Below are positions 36,897-50,836 of a DNA stretch of 64,000 nt, in pieces. Numbering within the stretch: position 1 is the first letter of the stretch; every line of letters begins with the position of its first letter. The translations under genes were made by a program, and so were the position numbers. The notes under the pieces were generated by a model. The model made no database searches. It saw only the letters and a program-made list of their open reading frames with translations, and was not told the origin of the DNA. This stretch comes from Candidatus Nanoarchaeia archaeon (lineage in GTDB: Archaea > Nanobdellota > Nanobdellia > SCGC-AAA011-G17 > DATDVL01), in contig DATDVR010000006.1 in assembly GCA_035289925.1 (NCBI GenBank), positions 92,018 to 156,017 of the forward strand, written 5' to 3'.

Positions 36897-37448
36897 ATGC
36901 CTACACCATTAAACAATGCTGTCGAGTTTTTAAGAGATTTTGGTTTTTTTAATGTTGTACTTCCTTTCTTACTTGTTTTTACAATTGTATTTGGGATACT
37001 AGAAAAAACTAAATTATTTGGAACTGAAGGCAAAGAGCATCATCCAAAGAAGAACCTGAATGCGATGGTTGCATTTTCAATGGCTTTCTTTGTTGTTGCC
37101 GCTTCAAATATTGTAGAAGTAATACAATCTAGCTTGCCTGCAGTTACATTGGTTTTAGTTATTGTTTTATTGTTCATGCTTCTTTTGGGAAGCTTTGCCG
37201 GGCAGCAGAAAGAAGGAGGATTTGATTTATGGGACAAAGGATGGATAAAGTGGGTGCTGATAATCTTTGTGTTGATTGCAGTAATCTCAATATTCTTGAA
37301 TTCGTTTGGATACTTAAGTGTTACACTAGATTATGTTTTAAACCAGTTTAATGATACTTTATTTGCTTCAATTGTTTTTATAGTATTGATAGTTGGTGCA
37401 ATATTTTATATACTTCATGAGAAAAAAGAAGATAAAAAGGGTGATTAA
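36897..37448 (+). CDS. Membrane protein, tandem paralog 1
   Basis: LPFLLVFTIVFGILEKTKLFG. Confidence 0.7.
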   Translation: MPTPLNNAVEFLRDFGFFNVVLPFLLVFTIVFGILEKTKLFGTEGKEHHPKKNLNAMVAFSMAFFVVAASNIVEVIQSSLPAVTLVLVIVLLFMLLLGSFAGQQKEGGFDLWDKGWIKWVLIIFVLIAVISIFLNSFGYLSVTLDYVLNQFNDTLFASIVFIVLIVGAIFYILHEKKEDKKGD

Positions 37449-37450
37449 TA

Positions 37451-38029
37451 ATGGCTTCATTTGATCAGGTTTTAGTTGCATGGGACAATTATGGTGTGTT
37501 TGAATATTTACTACCATTTTTAGTTGTATTCACAATAACTTTTGCTTTATTGCAGAAGGTATCTTTATTTGGTAGCGATGGCAAATCTAAAAAGATAAAT
37601 GTCATACTTGCTTTAGCATTTGGACTATTATTTTTGCAGAACATTTACCTAAGAACTTTGTTCCAGAGATTCATACCTAACATTTCTTTTATAATGATAG
37701 TTTTCTTACTATTCTTATTACTATTAGGAATATTTAGTGGAGGAGCAACTGCATGGAGCGGATTTGCTTTGTTTTTGGCTTTTATATTTTCAATAATCTC
37801 TGTGATAATTGCAGTATCAAATGACTATCTTGGGCAAGGATACAGCAGCTTGTACGAATGGTGGTTTACAATGGACACTGTAGCAAGATCCACTGTAGTA
37901 TTTGTGCTAATAATCTTGATTGTAATAGGATATGCAATTAAAGACGACAGCAACCAGCAAGGCGGATTAATGAAGGGGATAAGAGCATTCATGGGCGAAA
38001 TACAAGGCGGACAAGGAAAGCAACCTTAA
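37451..38029 (+). CDS. Membrane protein, tandem paralog 2
   Basis: LPFLVVFTITFALLQKVSLFG. Confidence 0.7.
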   Translation: MASFDQVLVAWDNYGVFEYLLPFLVVFTITFALLQKVSLFGSDGKSKKINVILALAFGLLFLQNIYLRTLFQRFIPNISFIMIVFLLFLLLLGIFSGGATAWSGFALFLAFIFSIISVIIAVSNDYLGQGYSSLYEWWFTMDTVARSTVVFVLIILIVIGYAIKDDSNQQGGLMKGIRAFMGEIQGGQGKQP

Positions 38030-38030
38030 A

Positions 38031-38549
38031 ATGGCTAATCCACTTCAAATAGGTTTGTTGAATTTTTTAACACCAGCGTTTGTTTTCATGCTAGTTTTTG
38101 GCATTCTTTATGCTTTTTTGACTAAAACAAAACTATTTGGAGAAAGCTTGGGAGTAAATTCTCTTATAGCTTTCACAATTTCAATATTATTTTTATTATT
38201 CCCTGGAGGACAGGCAGTTGTAAAATTAATAACTCCTTGGTTCTTCCTATTATTTTTACTGACAATTTTGTTGGTAGCATTTTTCATATTCTTGGGAGCA
38301 AGCGATAAGGACATTGTAACAAATGTTGTAAAGAATAATACAGTATTAACAATAATAATCTCTGCAATTGTAATTGTATTTTTAGTTGCATTGAGCCAAG
38401 TTTATGGAGATTTTTTGAGCGTTAATACTGGCAGCGGCTATTGGATGAGCGTAAAAAGAAGCATCTTGAATGCCAAAGTTCTTGGAGCTGTCTTAATCCT
38501 TATAATTGGAAGCTATGTTGTAAGATTTGTTGCTGCCGAAAATAAGTAA
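38031..38549 (+). CDS. Membrane protein, tandem paralog 3
   Basis: FVFMLVFGILYAFLTKTKLFG. Confidence 0.7.
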   Translation: MANPLQIGLLNFLTPAFVFMLVFGILYAFLTKTKLFGESLGVNSLIAFTISILFLLFPGGQAVVKLITPWFFLLFLLTILLVAFFIFLGASDKDIVTNVVKNNTVLTIIISAIVIVFLVALSQVYGDFLSVNTGSGYWMSVKRSILNAKVLGAVLILIIGSYVVRFVAAENK

Positions 38550-39173
38550 TCAGCGTTTTTTCATTTCATCTACAATCTTAGAAAGCTCTTTAATGTTTGA
38601 AGATAAAGGTCTTATTATATTTTGTAAAACTTTTTCCAAAGCTTTTATTTCAACGCCAACATCTGAGATGTTCTTGTCGTAATCCTGAACTTTTCCTATA
38701 ACTGCCTGCTGCATGCTGTCAAATCTTGACTGCATTCTTAGCATTTCCTGCTTCATTGAAACTATTTCTGTTCTGACTCTTTCTCTGAATGTGTTGAAAT
38801 CTCCAAAATCTTCCATGGCCCTTTTGAATTTTTCTTCAACTATTGCCTCTGCAATTTCCTCAATGTTTTCTGCTGGCCTTGTGCTGATTGCTTGAAGCTG
38901 AATCTGCTGCTGAGGAGCTTGCGGAATGAAAGCTCTTGACTGCTCTTGAGGAGTAGAATGCAATGATGAAGACTGCATCTCTGAAAAACTTGGCGAAGGA
39001 GCATCTTCAATTGAACCCTTGATTTCTGCCTGATTCAAAGACTCTTCTATCAACTGTGATGAATAACCCTGCCTTTGCAGATTGTCGACAATCTGCTCTT
39101 TACTGAATCCCCTGTTCTTAAGCTCTAGAACGAGATCTACGGGAGGAATTGCGTTTTCTTCCAGTTTGTTCAC
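38550..39173 (-). CDS. Coiled-coil hypothetical protein
   Basis: IEEIAEAIVEEK, DVGVEIKALEKV. Confidence 0.65.
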   Translation of the reverse strand: MNKLEENAIPPVDLVLELKNRGFSKEQIVDNLQRQGYSSQLIEESLNQAEIKGSIEDAPSPSFSEMQSSSLHSTPQEQSRAFIPQAPQQQIQLQAISTRPAENIEEIAEAIVEEKFKRAMEDFGDFNTFRERVRTEIVSMKQEMLRMQSRFDSMQQAVIGKVQDYDKNISDVGVEIKALEKVLQNIIRPLSSNIKELSKIVDEMKKR

Positions 39174-39534
39174 CTTCTTTTTTTCTTGATTGTAGTTTTT
39201 TATTAATGATTTCTTCTACTTCTTCTACTGTTATAAACTTAAGGGGGTCCCACATATTAATATACTTTTCCAATACCTTTATGTCATCTTTCTTGGCAAA
39301 ATTTGATATTTCCCTCGCTATATCCTTTAGCGCTTCTTTAAGGTTGTACAGTTCTGTTTTTATCTCTCTTGATTCTGCTTCTGTTGTCTTCAAGTCCTTT
39401 GCTATTTTCTTGTACTCTTCAATCATGTTCTGGTTGATTAAAAGAAGACGCTCGCCAAATAAGTTGTACTTGTTTTCTAAGGTTCTTACTCTGGCGCTTA
39501 AATCTGACAAAATGTAGGACAAATCTTGTGGCAT
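39118..39534 (-). CDS. Coiled-coil hypothetical protein
   Basis: VLEKYINMWDPLKF; RBS and promoter upstream. Confidence 0.65.
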   Translation of the reverse strand: MPQDLSYILSDLSARVRTLENKYNLFGERLLLINQNMIEEYKKIAKDLKTTEAESREIKTELYNLKEALKDIAREISNFAKKDDIKVLEKYINMWDPLKFITVEEVEEIINKKLQSRKKEGEQTGRKRNSSRRSRSRA

Positions 39535-39591
39535 TCAACACCTCTTAATAAAGCTCAAAGATAGAGAATATATAAAGCTTATGGCTATTTT

Positions 39592-39723
39592 GGCTCTGTT
39601 GAAAATCTCAGTTTAGTTGTAACATTTAAGCTATAATATTCTTCAATTTACTAGTGAGCGACTATTTATACGAACCTTCTATTGTAAAGAGATGTAGCTT
39701 TTCTAGACATTTTCAACAACACC
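39592..39723. mobile_element. 132-bp MITE copy 2, identical to copy 1
   Basis: 9-bp TSD GGCTATTTT at 39583-39591 and 39724-39732. Confidence 0.92.
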
Positions 39724-39725
39724 GG

Positions 39726-40322
39726 CTATTTTAAAACAATACCTTCATCCTTTATTTCAAAAAGAAATTCATCTTTTGACGGCATCAGAACCAACTTTCT
39801 TGGGGATTTTTTTAATTCTATTAGATTATTGAAGTCATTGAACAAAATTTTACCACCTACAGGACGAACCTCATTTTTTTCAAGCGAACTAGAAACTTGG
39901 CTTACTACAATAACTGAGCAATACCTTGAAATAGAATTCAGCATCTTCATTTGGGCAATCAGCATTTTATTTGCTAATTCAGCCTTGCTGTTGACTAATC
40001 TTCTATAATAACCTGTTATCGTGTCAACTATTACTAAAGAGAACTTGTCCTTTATTTTTAATAACTGCTTTATTGAATTGTGCTGCTCCTTGAAGCTCTT
40101 TACCTTTGCGACCATGATTTTATCAAGAAATTTTTCATAATCCTTGCCTGCCAATTGCTTGAAACGCTCAATTGAGAAGCCGTTTTCTGAATCTATTATG
40201 AAAGAAGACTTGCCTTTCTTGGCTAATTCTATAGCCTTCATCATTGCTAAAGTTGTCTTGCCTGTGCCTGCTATTCCATATATGCAGTTGATGTTTTTGT
40301 TGAGAAAATCCAACACTTTCAT
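39726..40322 (-). CDS. radB: RadB DNA repair ATPase
   Basis: GIAGTGKT, IDSENGFSIER, VDTIT, VSQV; ~200 aa without RadA N-domain. Confidence 0.82.
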   Translation of the reverse strand: MKVLDFLNKNINCIYGIAGTGKTTLAMMKAIELAKKGKSSFIIDSENGFSIERFKQLAGKDYEKFLDKIMVAKVKSFKEQHNSIKQLLKIKDKFSLVIVDTITGYYRRLVNSKAELANKMLIAQMKMLNSISRYCSVIVVSQVSSSLEKNEVRPVGGKILFNDFNNLIELKKSPRKLVLMPSKDEFLFEIKDEGIVLK

Positions 40323-40387
40323 AAAGTTGATAATTAGTTGTTTTTTAAAAAGCTGTTGCTAGCTTAACCGAAATATTTATATACCTA

Positions 40388-44612
<4,225 letters not shown>

Positions 44613-44658
44613 TTACTTCATAGTAACTACAAAATCACAAGCTTTATATACTAGTAAA

Positions 44659-45459
44659 ATGCTTATTTTTACTATGACAGCTGATACTTTAGTAAATAAA
44701 GAAGTAAAGTTATTCTACAATGGAAGCTTAGCTGATGCTCTAGAAAACTGCAATAAAGAAGGCTATCAAGCATTATCAATGCCAGAAATAGCAGATGCAA
44801 GAATTCAAGCTTCAAAAGAAGATCAATTATGGAGAAACTGGCTAAGCTCAACAAGCATCAGAGCAACAGGAAAGACAAAGCAAGGAAATGCTGTCGTAGT
44901 TTATGCACATGTTCCAAATCATTTTTCAGAACCTAAAAACATCAGAACAGCAATAGAACAAGGCTTAGTTAATGGCGCTGGAAAATTACCACAGGAAGAA
45001 TTTCAAAGGCTTTTAGATTTAAAAGACGACAAAAAGGTATTTGTAATTGATTATAATAAATTAAAGAGTTCAACTTCAGATGTAATTCAAGTTTCTAAAG
45101 CTTTAAAGCATTCTCAAACAGTTCCATTTCTAGGTGGACAAGAAAGAGCTGAAAAATATCTAGAAAGACATTCTCAAGTTTATGGAAAAAATATTGGAGT
45201 CTGGCATTCAGACGATTTAAGAGATGAACCATTAGCTCGCCTTTTGTTTGTTGGCAACTACGTCAACTACGGTCTTGATGGCATCAGCGACCTTGTCCTC
45301 AATGGTAGTTTCGCTGGGGTACGTGCAGTCGGCGCGCAAAAATCTCCAGTGGAAATTAAAGCACCAACTTTGGAAGATATCTTAAAAGTTTCAAGGGATT
45401 TTGTTCCAAGGACATGCAGAGATGCTTTCAAAGAAGAAATAAGAAAACTTTATCAATAA
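44659..45459 (+). CDS. DGR target gene copy 2 (VR near C-terminus, probable CLec-like fold)
   Basis: Contains VR2; upstream of TR and RT; true start probably MTADTL at 44674. Confidence 0.92.
   Translation: MLIFTMTADTLVNKEVKLFYNGSLADALENCNKEGYQALSMPEIADARIQASKEDQLWRNWLSSTSIRATGKTKQGNAVVVYAHVPNHFSEPKNIRTAIEQGLVNGAGKLPQEEFQRLLDLKDDKKVFVIDYNKLKSSTSDVIQVSKALKHSQTVPFLGGQERAEKYLERHSQVYGKNIGVWHSDDLRDEPLARLLFVGNYVNYGLDGISDLVLNGSFAGVRAVGAQKSPVEIKAPTLEDILKVSRDFVPRTCRDAFKEEIRKLYQ
45238..45321 (+). repeat. DGR variable repeat VR2
   Basis: 13 mismatches to TR over 84 nt, all at TR adenines. Confidence 0.95.
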
Positions 45460-45663
45460 TTTTATATAATCGTTTTTTTCTTTAATATATGCTTTAGCAT
45501 AGCTTAGCTGATGAATAACTTTTAGTTATGAAGTTAAGGTTTGTTAGGCTACACGCTCTTTTACTAAGGCTGTAAAAAGCTATAAAATTCAGCTGCAACA
45601 TCTAGTAGCTAGTCGAAAACGTGAAGCAGCAGTGATATAACAAGTAAGAGAGCTAGCTTGCGT

Positions 45664-45747
45664 CGCCTTTTGTTTGTTGGCAACAACGACAACAACGGTC
45701 TTAATGGCAACAACGACCTTGACAACAATGGTAGATACGCTGGAATA
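45664..45747 (+). repeat. DGR template repeat TR
   Basis: Non-coding, rich in AAC/AAT/GAC triplets, immediately upstream of RT. Confidence 0.95.
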
Positions 45748-45756
45748 ACCTAACAA

Positions 45757-46850
45757 ATGCTAGAGCTTTTAACAATGAAGACTTACAATAATTTATGGAA
45801 GCAACTTTGCAGCTACACAAATCTTTTAATGGCTTTTAACAATGCTAAGAAAAGAAAGTCTAAAAAGGATTATGTCCTTAAATTTGAAAAAGACTTGGAT
45901 AAAAACTTAGAAGAACTAAGATTAGAACTGTTATTTCACACTTACAATCCAAAACCTTTAAGGACATTTATTTTAAGGGACCCTAAAACAAGAAAAATCT
46001 CCAAGTCAGATTTTAGGGACAGGATAGTTCATCATGCCTTGTGCAATATTTTAGAGCCTATATTAAGCAAACCCTTCATTCATGATTCCTACGCAAATAG
46101 AAAGGGCAAAGGGAATCTAAAGGCTTTGAATAGATTTGATTATTTTAAAAGAAAGGTAAGCAAAAATAATAATAAAAATTGCTATGTCTTGAAAGCTGAC
46201 ATTAAACATTATTTTGATGAAGTTCCTCATGAAGTTTTATTGAATATCTTAAAGAAAAACATTAAAGATGCAAAGATTATTTGGCTAATAAGCAAGATAT
46301 TAAGCAATTTCAATTCTAGAGTAAAAGGAATAGGAATGCCCCTAGGAAATTTAACATCACAGTTCTTCGCTAATATTTATCTTAATGAATTAGACCAGTT
46401 TGTAAAGCATAAACTTAAAGTAAAATATTATATTAGATATGTTGATGATTTTGTCATTTTTGATTCATCTCAAGAAAAATTACTCGAGGGGGGGGGGCGA
46501 TTAACGATTTTTTAAAAGAAAGTTTGAAGTTAGAATTGCATCCAAATAAATCTAAGATAATAAACCTTGATAAAGGCATTAATTTTCTAGGTTTTAGGAT
46601 TTTTTATTACCATAAGCTTCTAAGAAAAGTAAACAAGAGAAAATTGCTAAAAAGAATGAAAAAGTACAAGGATCTGTATGATTCTAAAAAAATTGATTAT
46701 GACAAGATTTATTGCTCTTTCTGCGGCTGGAAGGGCTATGCTAAAAATGCAAATACCTTTAATCTAAGAAAAGAAGTAATTAAATTTCTTGATAAATACT
46801 TTCCAGGAGAAATATCTACGGGAGAATTAAATAAATACTTAAAATTATAA
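45757..46850 (+). pseudogene. DGR reverse transcriptase, frameshifted at G10 (46488-46497)
   Basis: RDRIVHH, GMPLGNLTSQFFANIYL, YVDD; downstream frame INDFLKESLKLELHPNKS...INFLGFRI. Confidence 0.9.
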
Positions 46851-46851
46851 T

Positions 46852-47721
46852 TTACTCTGTTATAACGTTTTTTCCAACAATTATAGAATGCTCTGTTTGA
46901 GCTACCATGCCTCTGCTTTTTTCTGGCAGTTGAGTGTATTGCTTTAAAATTCCTTCACTTTCTAGCTGCCTTAAAATAAATTGAGCATTTGGAACCTTGA
47001 TCCAGCGACACGAAAATGGTAAAGTGTTGTATTTTTTCTCTATTAATTGGATAACTTGCCTAGCTGATTGTAATCTTGTTGGCTTTTTATTTATTAAAGC
47101 GTAAATCCCACATGGTTTTCCATCTGACACTAAGCCAGAACCTGTTGTTGAGAATGGCTCTATTGCTATAGCTTGACCTTCTTTCAATTTTGTTGGGTCT
47201 TTGTTGTCATAATTAGGAACTATTGGCCAGTCATGCACAATATATTGGTTTAAACCATGACCGCATAGATTAGTTATTGAATGGAAACCTGCCTTTTCTA
47301 TTGTTGCTTGGATTGCTTTACCAACTTCTGACAAAGAAACTTCAGGCTTGACAACTTTTATTGCTGCAGCCAAAGCATCTTCAGAAGCTTTTATCAAATT
47401 TTTCCACTTATTTGTTTTAACTTCTACTGTGCAAGCAGTATCTGCAACAAAACCATTAATATGAGAGCCCATATCTAGCTTGGCAACATCACCTTCTTTC
47501 AATTCTATTGCATCATTCACAAAAGGAGAGTAATGTGCTGCTATGTCGTTCAATGAAATGCAAGTTGGAAATCCAGGCTCTGCTCCTAAATCGCGCATCT
47601 TGTTCTCTACAGCTTCTGCTATGTCAACTATTTTAGCCTCTGGCTTGAACAATTTCCTGCCGTATTCTCTTGCCTGAGAAGCAATCTTACCAGCCTTTAC
47701 ATAATCTTCAAATTCCGACAT
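46852..47721 (-). CDS. map: Type II methionine aminopeptidase
   Basis: AAHYSP, DMGSHINGFVADTA, HGL, AIEPF, EHS. Confidence 0.95.
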   Translation of the reverse strand: MSEFEDYVKAGKIASQAREYGRKLFKPEAKIVDIAEAVENKMRDLGAEPGFPTCISLNDIAAHYSPFVNDAIELKEGDVAKLDMGSHINGFVADTACTVEVKTNKWKNLIKASEDALAAAIKVVKPEVSLSEVGKAIQATIEKAGFHSITNLCGHGLNQYIVHDWPIVPNYDNKDPTKLKEGQAIAIEPFSTTGSGLVSDGKPCGIYALINKKPTRLQSARQVIQLIEKKYNTLPFSCRWIKVPNAQFILRQLESEGILKQYTQLPEKSRGMVAQTEHSIIVGKNVITE

Positions 47722-47803
47722 AAAATTGAAAGAAAATTAGTGTATTTAAAACATACTGTTATAGCATAGTTAAGTTTATAATTTTAAAAAGTATTGCTAA
47801 TGC

Positions 47804-48373
47804 ATGCTTTACTCGGTTTGCTTCTTTCCACCACAAGACTTTATCAGAAGAGCTGCTGAATTAAGAAAAAAATTAAAAGATTATTCTAACGAAAGGCCGG
47901 ATTATCTTTCGCATTGCCTACTGTTTAAATCATACTTATTAGAAGAAACTGAGGAAAGGACAAAAAGGGACTTAGAAGATGTCGTAAGAAAACATGACAG
48001 CTTTAAAGTAACCACTGGAAAAATCTGCAAGGCTGGCGGAAAAAATCTTATTATGCTAAATTTAAAGCATTCATCAGAACTTTTTAACCTAAGGAATGAA
48101 GTACATGCGAAATTGCAAAATTATATAGACTATAATTCAAACTTCAACAACAGGAAGAAGATATTTGTACCCAATCTTCAGGATTTGCTTCATTATAAGG
48201 AGTTTTATCATCCATTTATCTCATTGTGCAAAACAGATTCCACTTTGAACGGACATGATCTTCATTATTTTGAAAATTTTGGCATGGAGATAGGGAGTAT
48301 AATTTTAATGATAAAAAAAGACAGATGGGAACCTGTCAAAAATTATCCATTGGTCAAAATTCCCCCAACTTAG
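47804..48373 (+). CDS. Degenerate 2H-phosphoesterase-like protein
   Basis: Weak 2H-like pattern; motifs not canonical. Confidence 0.4.
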   Translation: MLYSVCFFPPQDFIRRAAELRKKLKDYSNERPDYLSHCLLFKSYLLEETEERTKRDLEDVVRKHDSFKVTTGKICKAGGKNLIMLNLKHSSELFNLRNEVHAKLQNYIDYNSNFNNRKKIFVPNLQDLLHYKEFYHPFISLCKTDSTLNGHDLHYFENFGMEIGSIILMIKKDRWEPVKNYPLVKIPPT

Positions 48374-50813
48374 ACTGGGCGTGATCTTCTTTCAGGTAAG
48401 TTTCCTTGTAGCCTAGAGCTTCAAAAATGCTTTTCACTGCCGGAATAACCTGGTTGTTGACATAATATTCTGAATCGTATGAAGAACTTTCTTCTGGCAA
48501 TTTAGCACGATCCCTTATCATACCTTTTCCTTCATTGATAATGTAATAAATTGTTGTGCCCGCAGGTATCTCAGCACCCTGTTCTATCATCTTTTTAGCG
48601 ACAGCAACATGAGGCCCAATTTGCTCATAGCTTTTTATTTCCTTTGTCAGATTTCTCCTTATTATCATTTTTTTCATGTCTATCTTCTTTTGCCTGGCCT
48701 GCTTTATTATTTCCTTGACAAAATTTATTGCCTTTTGAGGAGCATTTTCTTTTAAAACCATGTCTAAAACTTTTTCTTGCACTTCTTTTGCTAATATACT
48801 CCAATCTCCTCTTATAGTTTCGAAACCCCTTACCTTAATGCTGCCTTTTTCGTCTATCAATGCATATTTTTTCTTCGCTCCTTTAGTTTCTGACTTTTTG
48901 CTTACAAAAATACCACGGACATAGAAGTTTTCAAGCTCAAGCTCCATAAGAGAAGGAAGACCTCTGTTTATTTCCTTTAGAAAATCCAATGCATCCTTCT
49001 TTGTTTTTTTACCAAGTCTTATGAAAATTGAATCTGTGTCTCCGTAAACAACTTCAAACTCTTTTTTTGCCTTTTCTATGACCTGCTGGACATAATTTCT
49101 AGCATATGCAGTAACGCTTTGCGCACATTCCAAGCTGTACCAGCGCCCTCCTGAAAATCCCAGATAACCATAAAATGAATTTGCCAAAATTTTTAGGCTG
49201 TACTGCCTTGCGTCAAGTATCGGATCTTTTCCATTTTTCTTGATAATCTCTTTTATTCTGTTTCTTCTTGTCAAAATATCACGCAGGATTATTGGAATGA
49301 AACCTTCATGCTTGCTTGTGAAGTAATGCTTTATTTTTCTTTTATTGACCTCTATCTCTGGAGTTTCGTAAGCGTTTTTAGAATCTAAAGTCAAAGTGCT
49401 TGGGCATATATTATGCGAGGTAATTATTGTTGGATATAGGCTCCTGAAGTCGAAGACTGCCAGATTTTCGTACAAGCCAGGAGAGGGCTGGTAAACAAAA
49501 GCACCTTCATAGCTGTCCATAGACCTGTCTGAAATTGAATTATATGATGGCCTGTTTGGAACCAATTCCCTGAACTGCTGTATGTTTCTCAACAAATATC
49601 CTTCAACAAACTGGCCGAAAGTCATCCTGCAGATGTCCTGAACTGGCTGGCCAATAATTTTTGTGAACTCATGAAGATTTGGAAGCATTTTTTCAGTTAA
49701 TCTAAAAGTCAATTCTGCATCTTTCAAGTTATATTTGCAAAATTCTTTTAGTTTCTTTTGATTATTATCATCCCATGCCCCTGCGAGCTCTGGAATCTCA
49801 ACATCGGCTTTGCCTTCATTTAGCATCTCCTTTGCTACGGTATCTAAATCATAGCTTTCAAGCTGAATTTCTCCTCCAGAAGTTATCCTTTTTATAAACC
49901 TGTAGATATCCAAGTGTGCAAAACCTGTCAATTGAACTGATGACAACTCCCCGCGCTTTCTGAATGATATCTTGCTGAAATCAAGATTGATATTTAGCTC
50001 TACATTATTCTTTTTTGCCCTTGATCTTAAATAAGGGAAATCAAAGCCATCAGAAAAATAGCCAACCAAGTAGTCTGGCTTGAATTCTTTTATTGTTTTT
50101 ACTGCTTCTAAAATCAATTCTTTTTCATCTTTTACAAAATGAATATATTTCTCTGCCTTATCAAGCTTTTTCCATGTTATTACTTTCTTGAAATTATCAG
50201 AGTAAAAACCAACCATCAAAATCGGGTCTTTTTCTTCCCTTGGGATTCTTAGCTTATTATAAACCTCAATATCAAATCCCAAAATCTTTGGACTAAGCAT
50301 CTCTTCTCCTGTCTGTTCTATGGATTTTGCTTCTAAAACCAAATCTACGTCTGCATTTGCATCAAATTCCTCCCCATTTACGCTGCAAAGGACCAAAGTT
50401 GATATTTTTTTGTCAATCAAGTAGCGCTTTTCAAAAGTAATGTCTGCTTCTGCTACCATGGCAATGCCAGAAATCTTTTTTACTATGTCTTTCACTGCTG
50501 GAACTGCCTTTGGATGGTTTACAACCACTTTAATTGCTGAGATGTCCTTCCCTAAATATTTTCTTTCACTTACTTCTGTTGAAGAAACATAAAAAAGAGA
50601 CTCGTCATGCTTCACCCTAATTTTTTCCATCTCTTTCCTTATTGAAGCAACTTTTGTCTTGGACTCTGGGACTGCATAAAAATATGGCTCAAAATTTGAA
50701 TCTATTACACAAACTCTTTTTCCATCTGTTGACCTGCCAAAAAGCCTTATGACTGCTTTGCCAGCCTTATTTGTTACATAATCCACATCTATTGGGTAAA
50801 ACTGCATTTCCAT
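48354..50813 (-). CDS. polB: Family B DNA polymerase
   Basis: FDIE, DFRSLYP, KILANSFYG, YGDTDS. Confidence 0.96.
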   Translation of the reverse strand: MEMQFYPIDVDYVTNKAGKAVIRLFGRSTDGKRVCVIDSNFEPYFYAVPESKTKVASIRKEMEKIRVKHDESLFYVSSTEVSERKYLGKDISAIKVVVNHPKAVPAVKDIVKKISGIAMVAEADITFEKRYLIDKKISTLVLCSVNGEEFDANADVDLVLEAKSIEQTGEEMLSPKILGFDIEVYNKLRIPREEKDPILMVGFYSDNFKKVITWKKLDKAEKYIHFVKDEKELILEAVKTIKEFKPDYLVGYFSDGFDFPYLRSRAKKNNVELNINLDFSKISFRKRGELSSVQLTGFAHLDIYRFIKRITSGGEIQLESYDLDTVAKEMLNEGKADVEIPELAGAWDDNNQKKLKEFCKYNLKDAELTFRLTEKMLPNLHEFTKIIGQPVQDICRMTFGQFVEGYLLRNIQQFRELVPNRPSYNSISDRSMDSYEGAFVYQPSPGLYENLAVFDFRSLYPTIITSHNICPSTLTLDSKNAYETPEIEVNKRKIKHYFTSKHEGFIPIILRDILTRRNRIKEIIKKNGKDPILDARQYSLKILANSFYGYLGFSGGRWYSLECAQSVTAYARNYVQQVIEKAKKEFEVVYGDTDSIFIRLGKKTKKDALDFLKEINRGLPSLMELELENFYVRGIFVSKKSETKGAKKKYALIDEKGSIKVRGFETIRGDWSILAKEVQEKVLDMVLKENAPQKAINFVKEIIKQARQKKIDMKKMIIRRNLTKEIKSYEQIGPHVAVAKKMIEQGAEIPAGTTIYYIINEGKGMIRDRAKLPEESSSYDSEYYVNNQVIPAVKSIFEALGYKETYLKEDHAQSKLGEF

Positions 50814-50836
50814 ATTATAATAGTGAGAATTAAGCT

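Noticed and set aside
45322-45350. Canonical DGR hairpin after the VR
   Set aside because: GC-rich, but I could not form a convincing stem of 7 bp or more.
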